DNA of 64,000 nt, from positions 736,001 through 800,000 of the forward strand of contig CAVVMW010000004.1 of the NCBI GenBank assembly GCA_963749495.1, given 5' to 3'. Of this stretch, positions 1 to 9,791 are shown in pieces. The stretch is from an uncultured bacterium (GTDB lineage Bacteria > Verrucomicrobiota > Verrucomicrobiia > Limisphaerales > UBA8199). The notes beneath the pieces are model-generated. The model did not search any database. It saw nothing but the letters and a program-made list of their open reading frames with translations, and was not told the origin of the DNA. Both the position numbers and the translations under genes were made by a program. The number at the start of each line of letters is the position of its first letter. Position 1 is the stretch's first letter.

Positions 1-32
1 GAACGTCTGCGTAAAAAGGTGGAGGCAAGGTG

Positions 33-611
33 ATGCCGATTCCCGCATTGACCAAACCGGAGGCCCCGCCGGGCGCGGCTCCCGCCCCCGTCTCCCAGCC
101 CATCCCCAACCCGCTCCTGGACCAGCCGGATTTTGCGGTGCCGGCGGCGCTGGTGGCTGAGATCGATGAGGTGATCACGCACTATCCGCGGAAACGGAGC
201 GCCACGCTCATGCTGCTCCACGCCGTGCAGGAGCACTTCGGCTTTATCTCGAGGCAGGCCCTCGAGTGGGTGGCCGGCAAGCTGGAATTGCAGCCGGTCA
301 ACGTCTATGAGTTGGTGAGCTTTTACCCGATGTTCCACCGCAAGCCGGTCGGCAAATACCATTTGCGGGTCTGCCGCACCTTGAGTTGCGCGTTGGGCGG
401 CGCCTACGGGCTGCACGAATACTTCTGCAACGAACTGGGGCTGGACCCGCGGGCCCATGGCCCGCAGACCACCCCCGATGGCAAGTACACGGTCGAATTT
501 GTCGAGTGCCTGGCCAGTTGCGGCACCGCCCCGGTCCTGATGTGCAACGACGCATTCCACGAAGGGGTTGACCGGAACAAGGCGCAGAAAATACTGTGGG
601 AGTGCCAATGA
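33..611 (+). CDS. nuoE: NADH-quinone oxidoreductase subunit E
   Basis: 2Fe-2S motifs VCRTLSC and ECLASCGTAP; SFYPMF; first gene of the nuo run in this window. Confidence 0.95.
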   Translation: MPIPALTKPEAPPGAAPAPVSQPIPNPLLDQPDFAVPAALVAEIDEVITHYPRKRSATLMLLHAVQEHFGFISRQALEWVAGKLELQPVNVYELVSFYPMFHRKPVGKYHLRVCRTLSCALGGAYGLHEYFCNELGLDPRAHGPQTTPDGKYTVEFVECLASCGTAPVLMCNDAFHEGVDRNKAQKILWECQ

Positions 612-714
612 CGGATCGCGGGATGCAAATTGAGGGCAGCGCGGGGCTGCGCTCCGCAGAATCCCGGCGCGCCCGCTCCCAGCCCCTCGACCCCGTCCCT
701 CGTCCCTCGGCAAA

Positions 715-788
715 TGGCTGCCCGACATGGATTTGAACCATGACAAACAGATCCAGAGTCTGCTGTGCTACCGTTACACCATCGGGCA
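715..788 (-). tRNA. tRNA-Gln(CTG)
   Basis: Reverse complement TGCCCGA-TGGTGTAACGGTAGCAC-A-GCAGA-CT[CTG]GA-TCTGT-TTGT-CATGGTTCAAATCCATG-TCGGGCA-GCCA: acceptor stem, T-arm, anticodon CTG, encoded CCA. Confidence 0.95.
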
Positions 789-801
789 AACGAGCGCCAA
801 C

Positions 802-829
802 AACTTAGAATCTCTGGCGGCAGAGTCAA
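802..829 (-). promoter_or_regulatory. sigma70-type promoter for tRNA-Gln
   Basis: TTGACT-16 nt-TAAGTT, 13 nt upstream of the tRNA 5' end. Confidence 0.6.
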
Positions 830-833
830 GCCT

Positions 834-2274
834 GTGAAAGAGCACCGGTTAATCTTGAAATACGCCGACCAGCCGGGTTACACGCCCGAACCTGGAGTGC
901 TACCTGCGCCACGGCGGCTACGAGGTCCTCAAGAAGGCCCTGGCCCTGCCTCCCAAGACACTGCCGGACGGCAAGACCCAGGGCGGCCCCGAGCAACTCC
1001 GCAACGAGGTCCAGCTCTCCGGCCTGCGCGGGCGCGGCGGCGCCGGCTTTTCCTGCGGCCTCAAGTGGTCGTTTGTCGACCGCAAGAGCGGCAAACCGGT
1101 CTATCTCATCTGCAACGCCGACGAATCCGAACCGGGCACCTTCAAGGACAAGCAGATCATTTACAAAGACCCGCACCAGATGCTCGAGGGCACGATCATT
1201 GCCTGCTTCGCCAACGACGTGCACCTGGCCTACATCTATATCCGGGGCGAGTTCGTCGAGGGGGCGCGCATCCTGAACCGGGCGCTGCAGGAGGCCCGCG
1301 CGCGGCATTTGCTGGGCCAGAACATCCTGGGCAGCGGCTACGACCTCCAGATCCACGTCCACCGCGGCGCCGGCGCCTATATCTGCGGCGAGGAGACCGG
1401 CCTCATCGAGTCGCTCGAAGGCAAGCGCGCCTACCCGCGCATCAAACCACCCTACTTCCCCGCCGTCCTGGGCCTCTACCTCTGCCCCACCATCGTCAAC
1501 AACGTCGAGACCCTCTGCGCCGTCAAGCACATCGTCGCCATGGGCGGCGCCGCTTACGCCCGGCTCGGCACCCCCAACAACACCGGCACCCGCATCGTCA
1601 GCATCAGCGGGCACGTCCGCAAACCCGGCTATTACGAGGTTGAGGTCGGCAAGGTCACCCTGGGCGAGCTGATCCACGACCCGGAATTCGGCGGGGGCCT
1701 GCGCGAGGGGCGCCGGCTCAAGGCCGTCATCCCGGGCGGCTCCTCGGCCAAGGTCTTCAAGGCCGGCGAGAAATTCAAGCTCAAGCGCAAAGGCCCCGAC
1801 GGCATGGACGCCGAGAAGGAGGTGGACATGCTCGAGTTGCCGTACGACTTCGACTCGCTCATCGCCGCAGGCAGCATGTCCGGCTCCGGCGCCATCATCG
1901 TGCTGGACGACTCGGCCGACATTGTGGCCTCCCTGGCCAACATCGCGCAGTTCTACGCCCACGAGAGCTGCGGCCAGTGTACCCCCTGCCGCGAAGGCTC
2001 GCTCTGGATGGCCAAGGCCCTGGACCGCATGACCCACGGCCAGGGCCGCAAGACCGACGCCGACTACCTGGTCCGCATCGCCGACAACATCCCCGGCGGG
2101 CGCACCATCTGCGCCTTCGGCGAGGCCTGCGCCTGGCCCGTCCAGAGTTTTGTGGGCAAGTTCAAGGACGAGTTTGTGGCCAAAGGGACCGCGGACGAGG
2201 AGCGAAGGGCGGAGGCGGCCAAAGACGACGCGCCGCTGGCGAAAATCGGAGCGGTGGCCTCTCCGAAGGACTGA
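834..2274 (+). CDS. nuoF: NADH-quinone oxidoreductase subunit F (one-base frameshift near 886, probably a sequencing error)
   Basis: GTG start MKEHRLILKYADQPGY joins the frame of ORF 1180-2274; SGLRGRGGAGF, CNADESEPGTFKD, GAGAYICGEETGL, HESCGQCTPCREG. Confidence 0.93.
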
Positions 2275-2280
2275 ACCGGG

Positions 2281-2568
2281 ATGCCAAAGCTCTATGAATA
2301 TTTGGGAATGAAAGCGACCGCCACAAAATATCTCGAAATTGTCGAGGCCAAGTATGTCTCGGGATACAAGATTCGCCTGACCTTCAACGACGCCATGGTA
2401 CGGGTGGCGGATTTCGGGCCCTTCCTCGCTAAAGCGCGTAATCCGGACACTACCGATTACCGTGACTTGCGGAGGTTCCAGGAGTTCCGTATCGAAGACG
2501 GCGACCTGATTTGGGGAGACCTCCAAATGATTTTCCCGATTATGGATCTCTACCGAGGAAAGATCTAG
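2281..2568 (+). CDS. DUF2442-family putative antitoxin, preceded in frame by a 9-codon DUF4160-like stub (MPKLYEYLG)
   Basis: IVEAKYVSGYKIRLTFND...DF..FL...F.I.DGDLIW pattern; second Met at 2308. Confidence 0.7.
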   Translation: MPKLYEYLGMKATATKYLEIVEAKYVSGYKIRLTFNDAMVRVADFGPFLAKARNPDTTDYRDLRRFQEFRIEDGDLIWGDLQMIFPIMDLYRGKI

Positions 2569-2679
2569 AAATGACTACTCCCATTGCTGTTTCCAAGACC
2601 CTAAGCATCCGCGAGTGCGGCTACGACGAGTACTGGCTGCAGGACCAGATCGCGGCGGATCCCAGTATTCTTGGCCTAG

Positions 2680-4758
2680 CCTGGATTCCCATGCATGGGA
2701 CGCGACCTAACATTTTTTTCCCGTTGGCCCGCTCTAGCCGAAGACCAACCGGAGGGTTCGATTGTCCAACCAGGGGACCTTGACCTGCTTCTTGTTAAAG
2801 CCTGCGTTGAGCAGCAACGGATTGTGGGCCCGTTTCTGAAAGCGGACGGTGATCGCCTCCGCGCTAATGGCCACCGTTGCCGTTGCATCCACGAAGTCCC
2901 GGAACAGGGTTCGGGATTTGGCTCGTTCATAGCCTTGCCCGATTTGAACTCCCAAGAGCCGATAGAGACTGCTGGCTATGAGGGTTAATTGCAGATCGCA
3001 ATTGACCTTCATCGGCACCGCCGAGGACAGCGCATCCATGTGGAAAAAGTCGATGCCGTCCTGGATGTTGTTCTCGATAATCATGCGCCGGGCGTAACGC
3101 CCAATGAGCTTGGGGGCCGAGCGCCGCAATTGATTGGTCAGCAGAAAGGTGGGGTCCTCGTGGCCCAAATCGGTGATAATCATCTGGCGGATGGGCCCCT
3201 GGTAGCCCTTCAACTCGATGCGCTGGTTGACGATGCGCGGCTCCCGATAAAGGCGGGAGATGCTTTCCAGGGAGATGCGGCGCCAAGCCGAATCGGGCCA
3301 GGTGCGCACTTCCTGGAGCATGGCGGCCGAACGGCGCCGCAGCGTAATGAACTCGATGTCCTGGTCGTCGAGCCAGCTCAGGTTGGCATAGGTCGTGAGT
3401 TTGGAATCAAAAATCAACTCCTGCGGCCACTGGCCGGTCCGCTCCTTCCAGTAGCGGGCAAAGTGCAGCACCTCTTCGTTCTGGTTCTCCTTGCGCACCT
3501 GGGCATTGCCATAGCAGAACACGTGCGTGTCGGCATCCTGGGCCACAAAGGCCAAGAGGCCCTTCTGCCGGCGGCTGCGCTTGGAGACGTAATGCTTTTG
3601 CAGGAGGGCATCCTCGCCGTGGAAAGGGATGGTGTGAAAGTCCAGATCGAAGGACTCGCCGCGGGGCAGGCCCAACTGACGGGCGCCATCAAACCAGCGG
3701 TGCATGAGTTTGGGGTAAGACGGCGGATCAATCCGGCAACTGTATTCGGTGAGGAAAGAACGTTTGGGGACGCAATTGAGGCCGGCGAACAAGGCCAGGC
3801 CGGCGTTGAACACGTTGCTCATCACATGGCTGTGACGAGCCGAGCCATGCAACTTAAGCCCCAACAGGGAGCGCATGGCGTGAGCGGCGGGGATCTGCCG
3901 GGTGCCGGGGAACTGGCTCTGCTCCAGGATACGCTCCCAGGGCACGGCGCTCAGGTAGGGCACGAACAGGAACAGGCCGCCAAATTGGGTGCGGAACTGG
4001 TGCGCGGACAAATCCAGCAGGCGGGCATCGGCGACCGGGGCGGTTTCGGGATGGGGGTGGGAGGGCCGTTCTTCATCGGCCCGTTGCGGCAGGCGAGCAA
4101 AGCCTTCTTCCTTGAGGACATGGGCTACGGAGACCGGGCTGAGCCGATGACCTTGCTCCTGCAGGAGCCGGCTGATGTCGTAAATGGAGAGGTTTTGTTT
4201 GCGGGCCTGGACAATCTTGAGGCGCCAGGGGTCGGATTTAGGGGCGCGGTGAGGTCCCTTGGCTGGAGGCAAAAAGAAGGGGCGGTCTGGCTCTTGGCGG
4301 AACTGGCAGGCCAGGACGCGGAAACTGCCCGGCGAATAGCCGAAGCGGCGGGCGGCGTCTTGGGAAGGGAGGCCCTCGACGAAGAAGGCGCGGAGGGCCT
4401 CATATTGGCGGTGGGTGGAGTTGGTCGGCGTGAGAAAAGCCTGGGCCAGATCGGTTAGTTTTTTGTGTTTATTGTTAAACACGTCTCCACTATGTCATAT
4501 ATGGTGGGGTTGTCAAGCGGAAATACAACCTGTAGGGGTGCCATGGCGCATTTTTCTGGTGAAACGGGACAAATCCGTAGGGATCGGAGCGTCTGGCCAG
4601 AGCGAGGAGTCGATCGGCGGGCATTATGACATAGTGGACAATATCTATATATTCATAGTACGACTAACGTCATTCTGGAAGATCCATGGCAAATACAGGG
4701 TGAGGCTGGCCGAGGAGGCTGCTCAAGGTTAGGTCAGGCCTATCCGTGGGAATCCAGG
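2680..4758 (-). mobile_element. Insertion sequence, 2079 bp, CTAG target duplication
   Basis: Imperfect ~32-bp TIR CCTGGATTCCCA...GACCTAAC at both ends; CTAG at 2676-2679 and 4759-4762; removing it restores the host reading frame (GGC CTA GGG GAC). Confidence 0.92.
2734..4482 (-). CDS. DDE-type transposase with N-terminal HTH (family uncertain; IS1380/IS4-superfamily-like)
   Basis: 582 aa; FDLDFH, IFDSK, YARRMIIENNI motifs; lies between the TIRs. Confidence 0.85.
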   Translation of the reverse strand: MFNNKHKKLTDLAQAFLTPTNSTHRQYEALRAFFVEGLPSQDAARRFGYSPGSFRVLACQFRQEPDRPFFLPPAKGPHRAPKSDPWRLKIVQARKQNLSIYDISRLLQEQGHRLSPVSVAHVLKEEGFARLPQRADEERPSHPHPETAPVADARLLDLSAHQFRTQFGGLFLFVPYLSAVPWERILEQSQFPGTRQIPAAHAMRSLLGLKLHGSARHSHVMSNVFNAGLALFAGLNCVPKRSFLTEYSCRIDPPSYPKLMHRWFDGARQLGLPRGESFDLDFHTIPFHGEDALLQKHYVSKRSRRQKGLLAFVAQDADTHVFCYGNAQVRKENQNEEVLHFARYWKERTGQWPQELIFDSKLTTYANLSWLDDQDIEFITLRRRSAAMLQEVRTWPDSAWRRISLESISRLYREPRIVNQRIELKGYQGPIRQMIITDLGHEDPTFLLTNQLRRSAPKLIGRYARRMIIENNIQDGIDFFHMDALSSAVPMKVNCDLQLTLIASSLYRLLGVQIGQGYERAKSRTLFRDFVDATATVAISAEAITVRFQKRAHNPLLLNAGFNKKQVKVPWLDNRTLRLVFG

Positions 4759-4988
4759 CTAGGGGACCTTGAGGTAGTGCGCCGGGAGAAGCAGCAGTCA
4801 AGCGGCGGCAAGCTCGATATCCTTCTTGATCAGCAACTGCTGGAGAGCAGCTCCGATTTGTTTCAGCACGTTGCAGAATTTGTGAAAAAATGCCAATAAA
4901 CTTGAATTCCTGACCCCGCTGCCGCACGCCCAAGTCAGCGGCGACTCCGCCATGGACACGAACAAGCTGCACAGGTAAGATTCACATT

Positions 4989-5240
4989 ATGAGTGCGACA
5001 ACTGAACAAGTATTCATCGAGGCATTGTCTCTGCCGGCGCGCGCGCGGGCGGCCCTCGTCCAAAAACTGTTGCTCAGCCTCGAGGCAGAGGACAGTTCGC
5101 CCGAGGTTGAGGCAGCTTGGGCAGAGGAAGCAGCCGCTCGTTGCAGGGCATTTGACGAGGGCAGGCTGACCGAACGCGATGCGGAGGATGTGTTGCGAGA
5201 CGCGCACCGAGTGTTGAAGGGAAAACCAAATCGATCGTGA
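4989..5240 (+). CDS. Putative addiction-module component (antitoxin)
   Basis: EALSLPARARAALVQKLLLSLE...VEAAWAEEA..R pattern; 83 aa. Confidence 0.8.
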   Translation: MSATTEQVFIEALSLPARARAALVQKLLLSLEAEDSSPEVEAAWAEEAAARCRAFDEGRLTERDAEDVLRDAHRVLKGKPNRS

Positions 5241-5300
5241 GAATGCTAAACGTCCTCCGAAACGACAGATGCGCGACGGGTCATTCCCCGGGGCCTCAAT

Positions 5301-5491
5301 TTTGTCCCGAAGGGACATCTGACAATAGCCCAACGTTTCAACGTTGGGTTTGGCGGTCAGAAGGAACGAGTCCCGAAGGGACGGCTGAAAGGGCGTGCAT
5401 TTTCAGCCGTCCCTCCGGGACTCGATATGTCCGCGCTTGGATCCCAACGTTGAAACGTTCGGGCTATTCTCGAATGTCCCTCCGGGACAAA
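5301..5491. repeat. Composite REP-like palindrome built from GTCCCGAAGGGAC units
   Basis: Outer arms 5301-5348 and 5443-5491, and inner arms 5368-5390 and 5401-5423, are near-perfect inverted repeats. Confidence 0.85.
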
Positions 5492-5559
5492 ACCCAACCG
5501 CGCGGATTCCGTTCGCGAGGAAGGTCAAAGTCCCCACCGACACACGCTGTTCTATAGCA

Positions 5560-7281
5560 ATGCCAGCCGCCGCCACAACTGAGCCCAAGCCCGCCCCGCC
5601 GCTGGTCGAGAAGATCAAGGTGAAGGTGGACGGCATCGAGGTCGAGGTGGCCAGGAGCATGCCGGACCCGCTTAGCGGCAAGCCGCTGCCGACGACGATG
5701 ATCCAGGCCTGCGCCGCCGCGAAGGTGGACGTGCCCCATTATTGCTACCACCCCAAGCTGCCCGTGGCCGGCAATTGCCGCATGTGCCTCGTCGAGTTCG
5801 GCACCCCCGCCGTCGGCCCCGACCGCAAGCCGATCTTCAACCCGGACGGCACGTTGAAGATCGCGAAGTCGCCCCGCCCGGCCATTGCGTGCGCCACCCC
5901 GGTCACACCCGGCATGGAGATCTACACGAACACACCCGCCGTCAAACAGATGCGCCAAGGGGTGCTCGAGTTCCTCCTCATCAACCACCCGCTGGATTGC
6001 CCGATCTGCGACCAGGCGGGCGAGTGCAAGCTCCAGGAATACTCGGTCGAGTACGGCCAGGCCCAGAGCCGCTTCGCCGAGGACAAGGTCCACAAGCCCA
6101 AACGGGTCGAGTTGGGCCCGCGCATCATGCTCGACGACGAGCGGTGCATCCTGTGCACGCGCTGCATCCGGTTCACGCGCGACGTGGCCGGCGACGACGC
6201 CCTGGGCATCATCAACCGCGGCAGTTACAGCGTCCTGACTGCCTACCCCGGCCGCGTCTTCGACAACAACTACACCCTGAACACCGTCGATCTCTGCCCC
6301 GTGGGGGCGCTGACCTCGAAGGACTTCCGTTTCCAAATGCGGGTCTGGTTTCTCAAGGAGACCAAGAGCCTCTGCGCCAGTTGCGCCACCGGCTGCAACA
6401 TCATCGTGGGGTCGCGCGAGGAGACGGTCTATCGCTTCGAGCCGCGCGAAAACGACGCGGTCAACAGTTGCTGGATGTGCGATTACGGCCGGCTCAACTA
6501 CAAGTGGATAGATCGGGAAGATCGCCTGGTGGAACTCCGCACTCCGAAGTCCGCAGCCGGCAGCCAGGGGCCTGGGGCCCGCGGGCAGGCCGGCTGGGGC
6601 GGGGTCTTGGACGAGCTCTCGGCGAAGTTCAAGACCGTCCCCGCGGGGACGGCCGCCATCGTCGCTTCGGCCCGCCAGACCAACGAAGAGCTGTTCCTGT
6701 TGAGCAAGCTGGCCCGGAAGCTGGGCGCCCTGACCGACTCAGTCCCGCGTCAGGCCGAGGGGGACAAGCTGCTCCTGAGCGCGGACCGCAACCCGAACGC
6801 GAACGGCGCGCGCCTCATCGGCATCGCCGCCCAGCCCATCGGCTCGAACCTGCCCAAGATAGCCGAGGGCATCCGGGCCGGGCGCATCAAGACGCTGATT
6901 GTATTTGGCGAGGACGTGACCCGGCACGGCATCGGCCCCGAGTTGCTCGGCAAGCTGGAGAGCTTGATCGTGAGCGACATCCTCCCGAACCAGACGACCC
7001 GGCTCGCCCATTACCTGTTGCCCGGCTGCGCGCATGTCGAGAAGCGCGGCAGCTTCGCCAATGCCAAGGGCCGCGTGCAGAGGTTCATGAAGGCCGTCGA
7101 GCTGCGCGGCCAGGCGCGCCCCGAATGGGAATTCCTGCGCGAACTGGTCCTGGGCCTCACGGGCCAGGATGGTTTTGCGAGCATCGAGGGCCTTTTCAAC
7201 CAGATGGCCAAAGAGGTCCCGGCCTACAACGGGCTGACGTGGGCCGCGCTGGGCGATACGGGAGTCCGGGTGCCGATTTGA
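5560..7281 (+). CDS. nuoG: NADH-quinone oxidoreductase subunit G
   Basis: HYCYHPKL..AGNCRMCLVE, HPLDCPICDQAGECKLQ, RCILCTRCIRF, DLCPVGAL. Confidence 0.95.
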   Translation: MPAAATTEPKPAPPLVEKIKVKVDGIEVEVARSMPDPLSGKPLPTTMIQACAAAKVDVPHYCYHPKLPVAGNCRMCLVEFGTPAVGPDRKPIFNPDGTLKIAKSPRPAIACATPVTPGMEIYTNTPAVKQMRQGVLEFLLINHPLDCPICDQAGECKLQEYSVEYGQAQSRFAEDKVHKPKRVELGPRIMLDDERCILCTRCIRFTRDVAGDDALGIINRGSYSVLTAYPGRVFDNNYTLNTVDLCPVGALTSKDFRFQMRVWFLKETKSLCASCATGCNIIVGSREETVYRFEPRENDAVNSCWMCDYGRLNYKWIDREDRLVELRTPKSAAGSQGPGARGQAGWGGVLDELSAKFKTVPAGTAAIVASARQTNEELFLLSKLARKLGALTDSVPRQAEGDKLLLSADRNPNANGARLIGIAAQPIGSNLPKIAEGIRAGRIKTLIVFGEDVTRHGIGPELLGKLESLIVSDILPNQTTRLAHYLLPGCAHVEKRGSFANAKGRVQRFMKAVELRGQARPEWEFLRELVLGLTGQDGFASIEGLFNQMAKEVPAYNGLTWAALGDTGVRVPI

Positions 7282-7284
7282 CCT

Positions 7285-8139
7285 ATGAAGCTGACGTACG
7301 ACCCACGCCACAATGTCGCCTACATCCGGTTGCTGGAGAAAGGCGCCGAAGTGCAGACGCTCGAGATTAGCGATGAACTGAACATCAACCTTGCTCCGGA
7401 TGGCCGCGTCTATGGGATCGAACTGCTCAATGCGAACGAGCAACTGCGCGCGCAAGATGGCGGTCAACTGGTGGTCCGCAATGAGGAGATCCTCTGCCTG
7501 CCCATCGTGGATGTTCGAAGGCTGTTTGCCGGGAAAACATCCATTGGTCACAAGAAGGGGAGTGAATTGATAGACCTCTTCATCGCCAAGGGAGAGTACA
7601 TGGCTCGCGCTACGGCTGAGGCGTCATCCGAATTACTGCAGGCTTTGCCAGTGGTTGTAGTCCGGACCAAGAGCGGGCAGGTTCTTCTTCTGCGCCGTCG
7701 CGAAAAGCAAGAGGAGAACCCCTTGCACAATCGGGTGGTCATTTGGGCCGGGGGACACGTGCGCCGTGAGGATGCCGTCAATGGGAATTCGATCGTGCAG
7801 GGGGCCATCCGAGAGTTGCACGAGGAGCTGCGGTTGAGCCTGGAGCCTAAGGACCTGAGCTTGCTCGGGGCCATACACGCAGATCTCGGGGGCGGCACTT
7901 CCAAGCACGTGGCCATCGTTTATGAGTGGAGGGCCGAAACCGACGATGTTGCGGTTGCTCTGAGCAACGCGGAGTTCTTCGAACGACGTGGAACGTCGCT
8001 GAGCGGCAAGTTCGTCACCCTTGACGATTTGCGCGCCGGCTGGAGGAACTTCTCCGGGCAGTCGGAACCCTGGTCTGAGCAGATCATACGCGACATGCTT
8101 GGTGAAGGTGATCGCTTGGCTGAAATGAAACTCCTGTAA
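7285..8139 (+). CDS. DUF2283-like N-terminus fused to a NUDIX hydrolase domain
   Basis: MKLTYDPRHNVAYIRL...GIELLNA, followed by GGHVRRED...AIRELHEELRL (Nudix box). Confidence 0.7.
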   Translation: MKLTYDPRHNVAYIRLLEKGAEVQTLEISDELNINLAPDGRVYGIELLNANEQLRAQDGGQLVVRNEEILCLPIVDVRRLFAGKTSIGHKKGSELIDLFIAKGEYMARATAEASSELLQALPVVVVRTKSGQVLLLRRREKQEENPLHNRVVIWAGGHVRREDAVNGNSIVQGAIRELHEELRLSLEPKDLSLLGAIHADLGGGTSKHVAIVYEWRAETDDVAVALSNAEFFERRGTSLSGKFVTLDDLRAGWRNFSGQSEPWSEQIIRDMLGEGDRLAEMKLL

Positions 8140-8145
8140 TCTCGC

Positions 8146-9246
8146 ATGACCTGGCTCACCAATCTATCCCCCTCCGCGCAATTCCTGTTCTTCAATGCGG
8201 TGAAGATCGTGGGGGTCTTCTCCGTGCTGATGTTCGTCGTGGCCTATGGCGTGTGGGTGGAACGGAAGGTGTGCGCGGCCATCCAGGACCGGATCGGCCC
8301 CAATCGCGTCGGCATTTTCGGCCTGCTCCAGCCCGTCGCCGACGCCATGAAGGCCTTTTTGAAGGAGGACTTCACGCCGGCGCACGTGCGCAAGGCCTAT
8401 TTCTGGCTCGCCCCGGCCATCGTGATGATGCCCGGCCTGTTGACCGTGGCCATCATCCCATTCGGCTCGCAAATCGGCCAGCAACGGATGGTCATCGCCA
8501 ATCTGAACGTGGGGATCCTCTACACCTTCGGCATCACGTCGCTGGGCGTCTATGGCATCGTCCTGGCGGGTTACGCGGCCAACTCGAAATACCCGTTCCT
8601 GGGCGGCATCCGCTCCAGCGCGCAGATGATCTCCTACGAAATCGCCATGGGCATGTCGCTTGTCCCGCTGTTCCTGGTTGCCGGGGGCCTGGACGACGCC
8701 GCGCTGAGCAGCGCCTGGCGCGAGTTCCTCGAGGGCACAGGCAGCCTCAACCTCAACCGCCTGGTCGCCTACCAGGCCAACCACGGCTGGTTCCTCTTCC
8801 TGTCCCCCCTCTCCTTCGCCATCTTCCTGGCCGCCATGTTCGCGGAAACCAACCGGCTGCCCTTCGACCTGCCCGAGTCGGAGCAGGAACTGGCCGGCGG
8901 CTACAACGTCGAGTACAGCTCGATCCGGTTCGCCATGTTTTTCATGGCCGAATATGCCGCCATGACCGTCTCGTCGGCCCTGCTGGTGACGCTGTTCCTG
9001 GGCGGGTGGACGCTCCCGATAGCGGGCCTGAACCAACCGGCGGAGACGGCCGGGCTGGGGGTCCTTCAGATCGGCGTCTTCCTGGCCAAGATGTGCGTGG
9101 TCGAGTTCATGATTATCTGGGTGCGCTGGATGTGGCCCCGGTTCCGTTACGACCAGTTGATGGACCTGGGCTGGCGCCGGTTCATCCCGCTGGCGCTGGC
9201 CAATATCATTGCCACCGCAATCGTGCTATGGGTGCAGGCCAGGTGA
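8146..9246 (+). CDS. nuoH: NADH-quinone oxidoreductase subunit H
   Basis: ERKV.A.IQDRIGPNRVG, AETNRLPFDLPE, PRFRYDQLM. Confidence 0.96.
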   Translation: MTWLTNLSPSAQFLFFNAVKIVGVFSVLMFVVAYGVWVERKVCAAIQDRIGPNRVGIFGLLQPVADAMKAFLKEDFTPAHVRKAYFWLAPAIVMMPGLLTVAIIPFGSQIGQQRMVIANLNVGILYTFGITSLGVYGIVLAGYAANSKYPFLGGIRSSAQMISYEIAMGMSLVPLFLVAGGLDDAALSSAWREFLEGTGSLNLNRLVAYQANHGWFLFLSPLSFAIFLAAMFAETNRLPFDLPESEQELAGGYNVEYSSIRFAMFFMAEYAAMTVSSALLVTLFLGGWTLPIAGLNQPAETAGLGVLQIGVFLAKMCVVEFMIIWVRWMWPRFRYDQLMDLGWRRFIPLALANIIATAIVLWVQAR

Positions 9247-9250
9247 AGCT

Positions 9251-9784
9251 ATGATTGTCGCTCGAAAAAAACTGGGTCTCTGGGAACGGCTTTACCTGCC
9301 GGCCATCCTCGGCGGGTTCCAGGTCACGATCCGCCACTTTTTCAGGAAGAAAGTGACGATGCAATACCCGGAAGAGAAATGGGTCGTTCCCGAGGGCTAT
9401 CGCGGGGCGCCTTACCTGGTCAAGGACCAGGCGGGCCGCACCAAGTGCGTCTCCTGCCAGTTGTGCGAGTTCGTCTGCCCGCCCAAGGCCATCCGCATCG
9501 TTCCGCCCGGCCCCGCCGGCGCGCCGGAGGCCGGCAACGTCGAAAAGGCCCCCAAGGAATTCGACATCAACATGCTCCGGTGCATCTTCTGCGGTTTCTG
9601 CCAGGAGGTCTGCCCCGAGGAGGCCATTTTCCTGATGAACGACTATTCGCTGACCGCTGGCAGCCGCAGCGAGCTCATTTACAACAAAGAAAAATTGCTG
9701 GCCTTGGGCGGCGTCCATGACGATAAAATCCGCAAGTGGCAGAAGAAGGCCGTCGAGGCCAAGGCGCAGGGTGTGGAACCGTAG
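9251..9784 (+). CDS. nuoI: NADH-quinone oxidoreductase subunit I
   Basis: Two CxxCxxCxxxCP motifs; VTMQYPEEK. Confidence 0.95.
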   Translation: MIVARKKLGLWERLYLPAILGGFQVTIRHFFRKKVTMQYPEEKWVVPEGYRGAPYLVKDQAGRTKCVSCQLCEFVCPPKAIRIVPPGPAGAPEAGNVEKAPKEFDINMLRCIFCGFCQEVCPEEAIFLMNDYSLTAGSRSELIYNKEKLLALGGVHDDKIRKWQKKAVEAKAQGVEP

Positions 9785-9791
9785 CGAAAAC

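Larger units (their letters stand above)
2571..4899 (+). pseudogene. Truncated PD-(D/E)XK/NucS-like endonuclease gene split by an IS
   Basis: EYWLQDQIAADPSILGL (to 2679) continues as GDLEVVRREKQQSSGGKLDILL after 4759 and stops soon after. Confidence 0.65.

Noticed and set aside
715..788. tRNA-Gln as the attachment site of an integrated element
   Set aside because: No integrase and no duplicated tRNA 3' end were found in the window.
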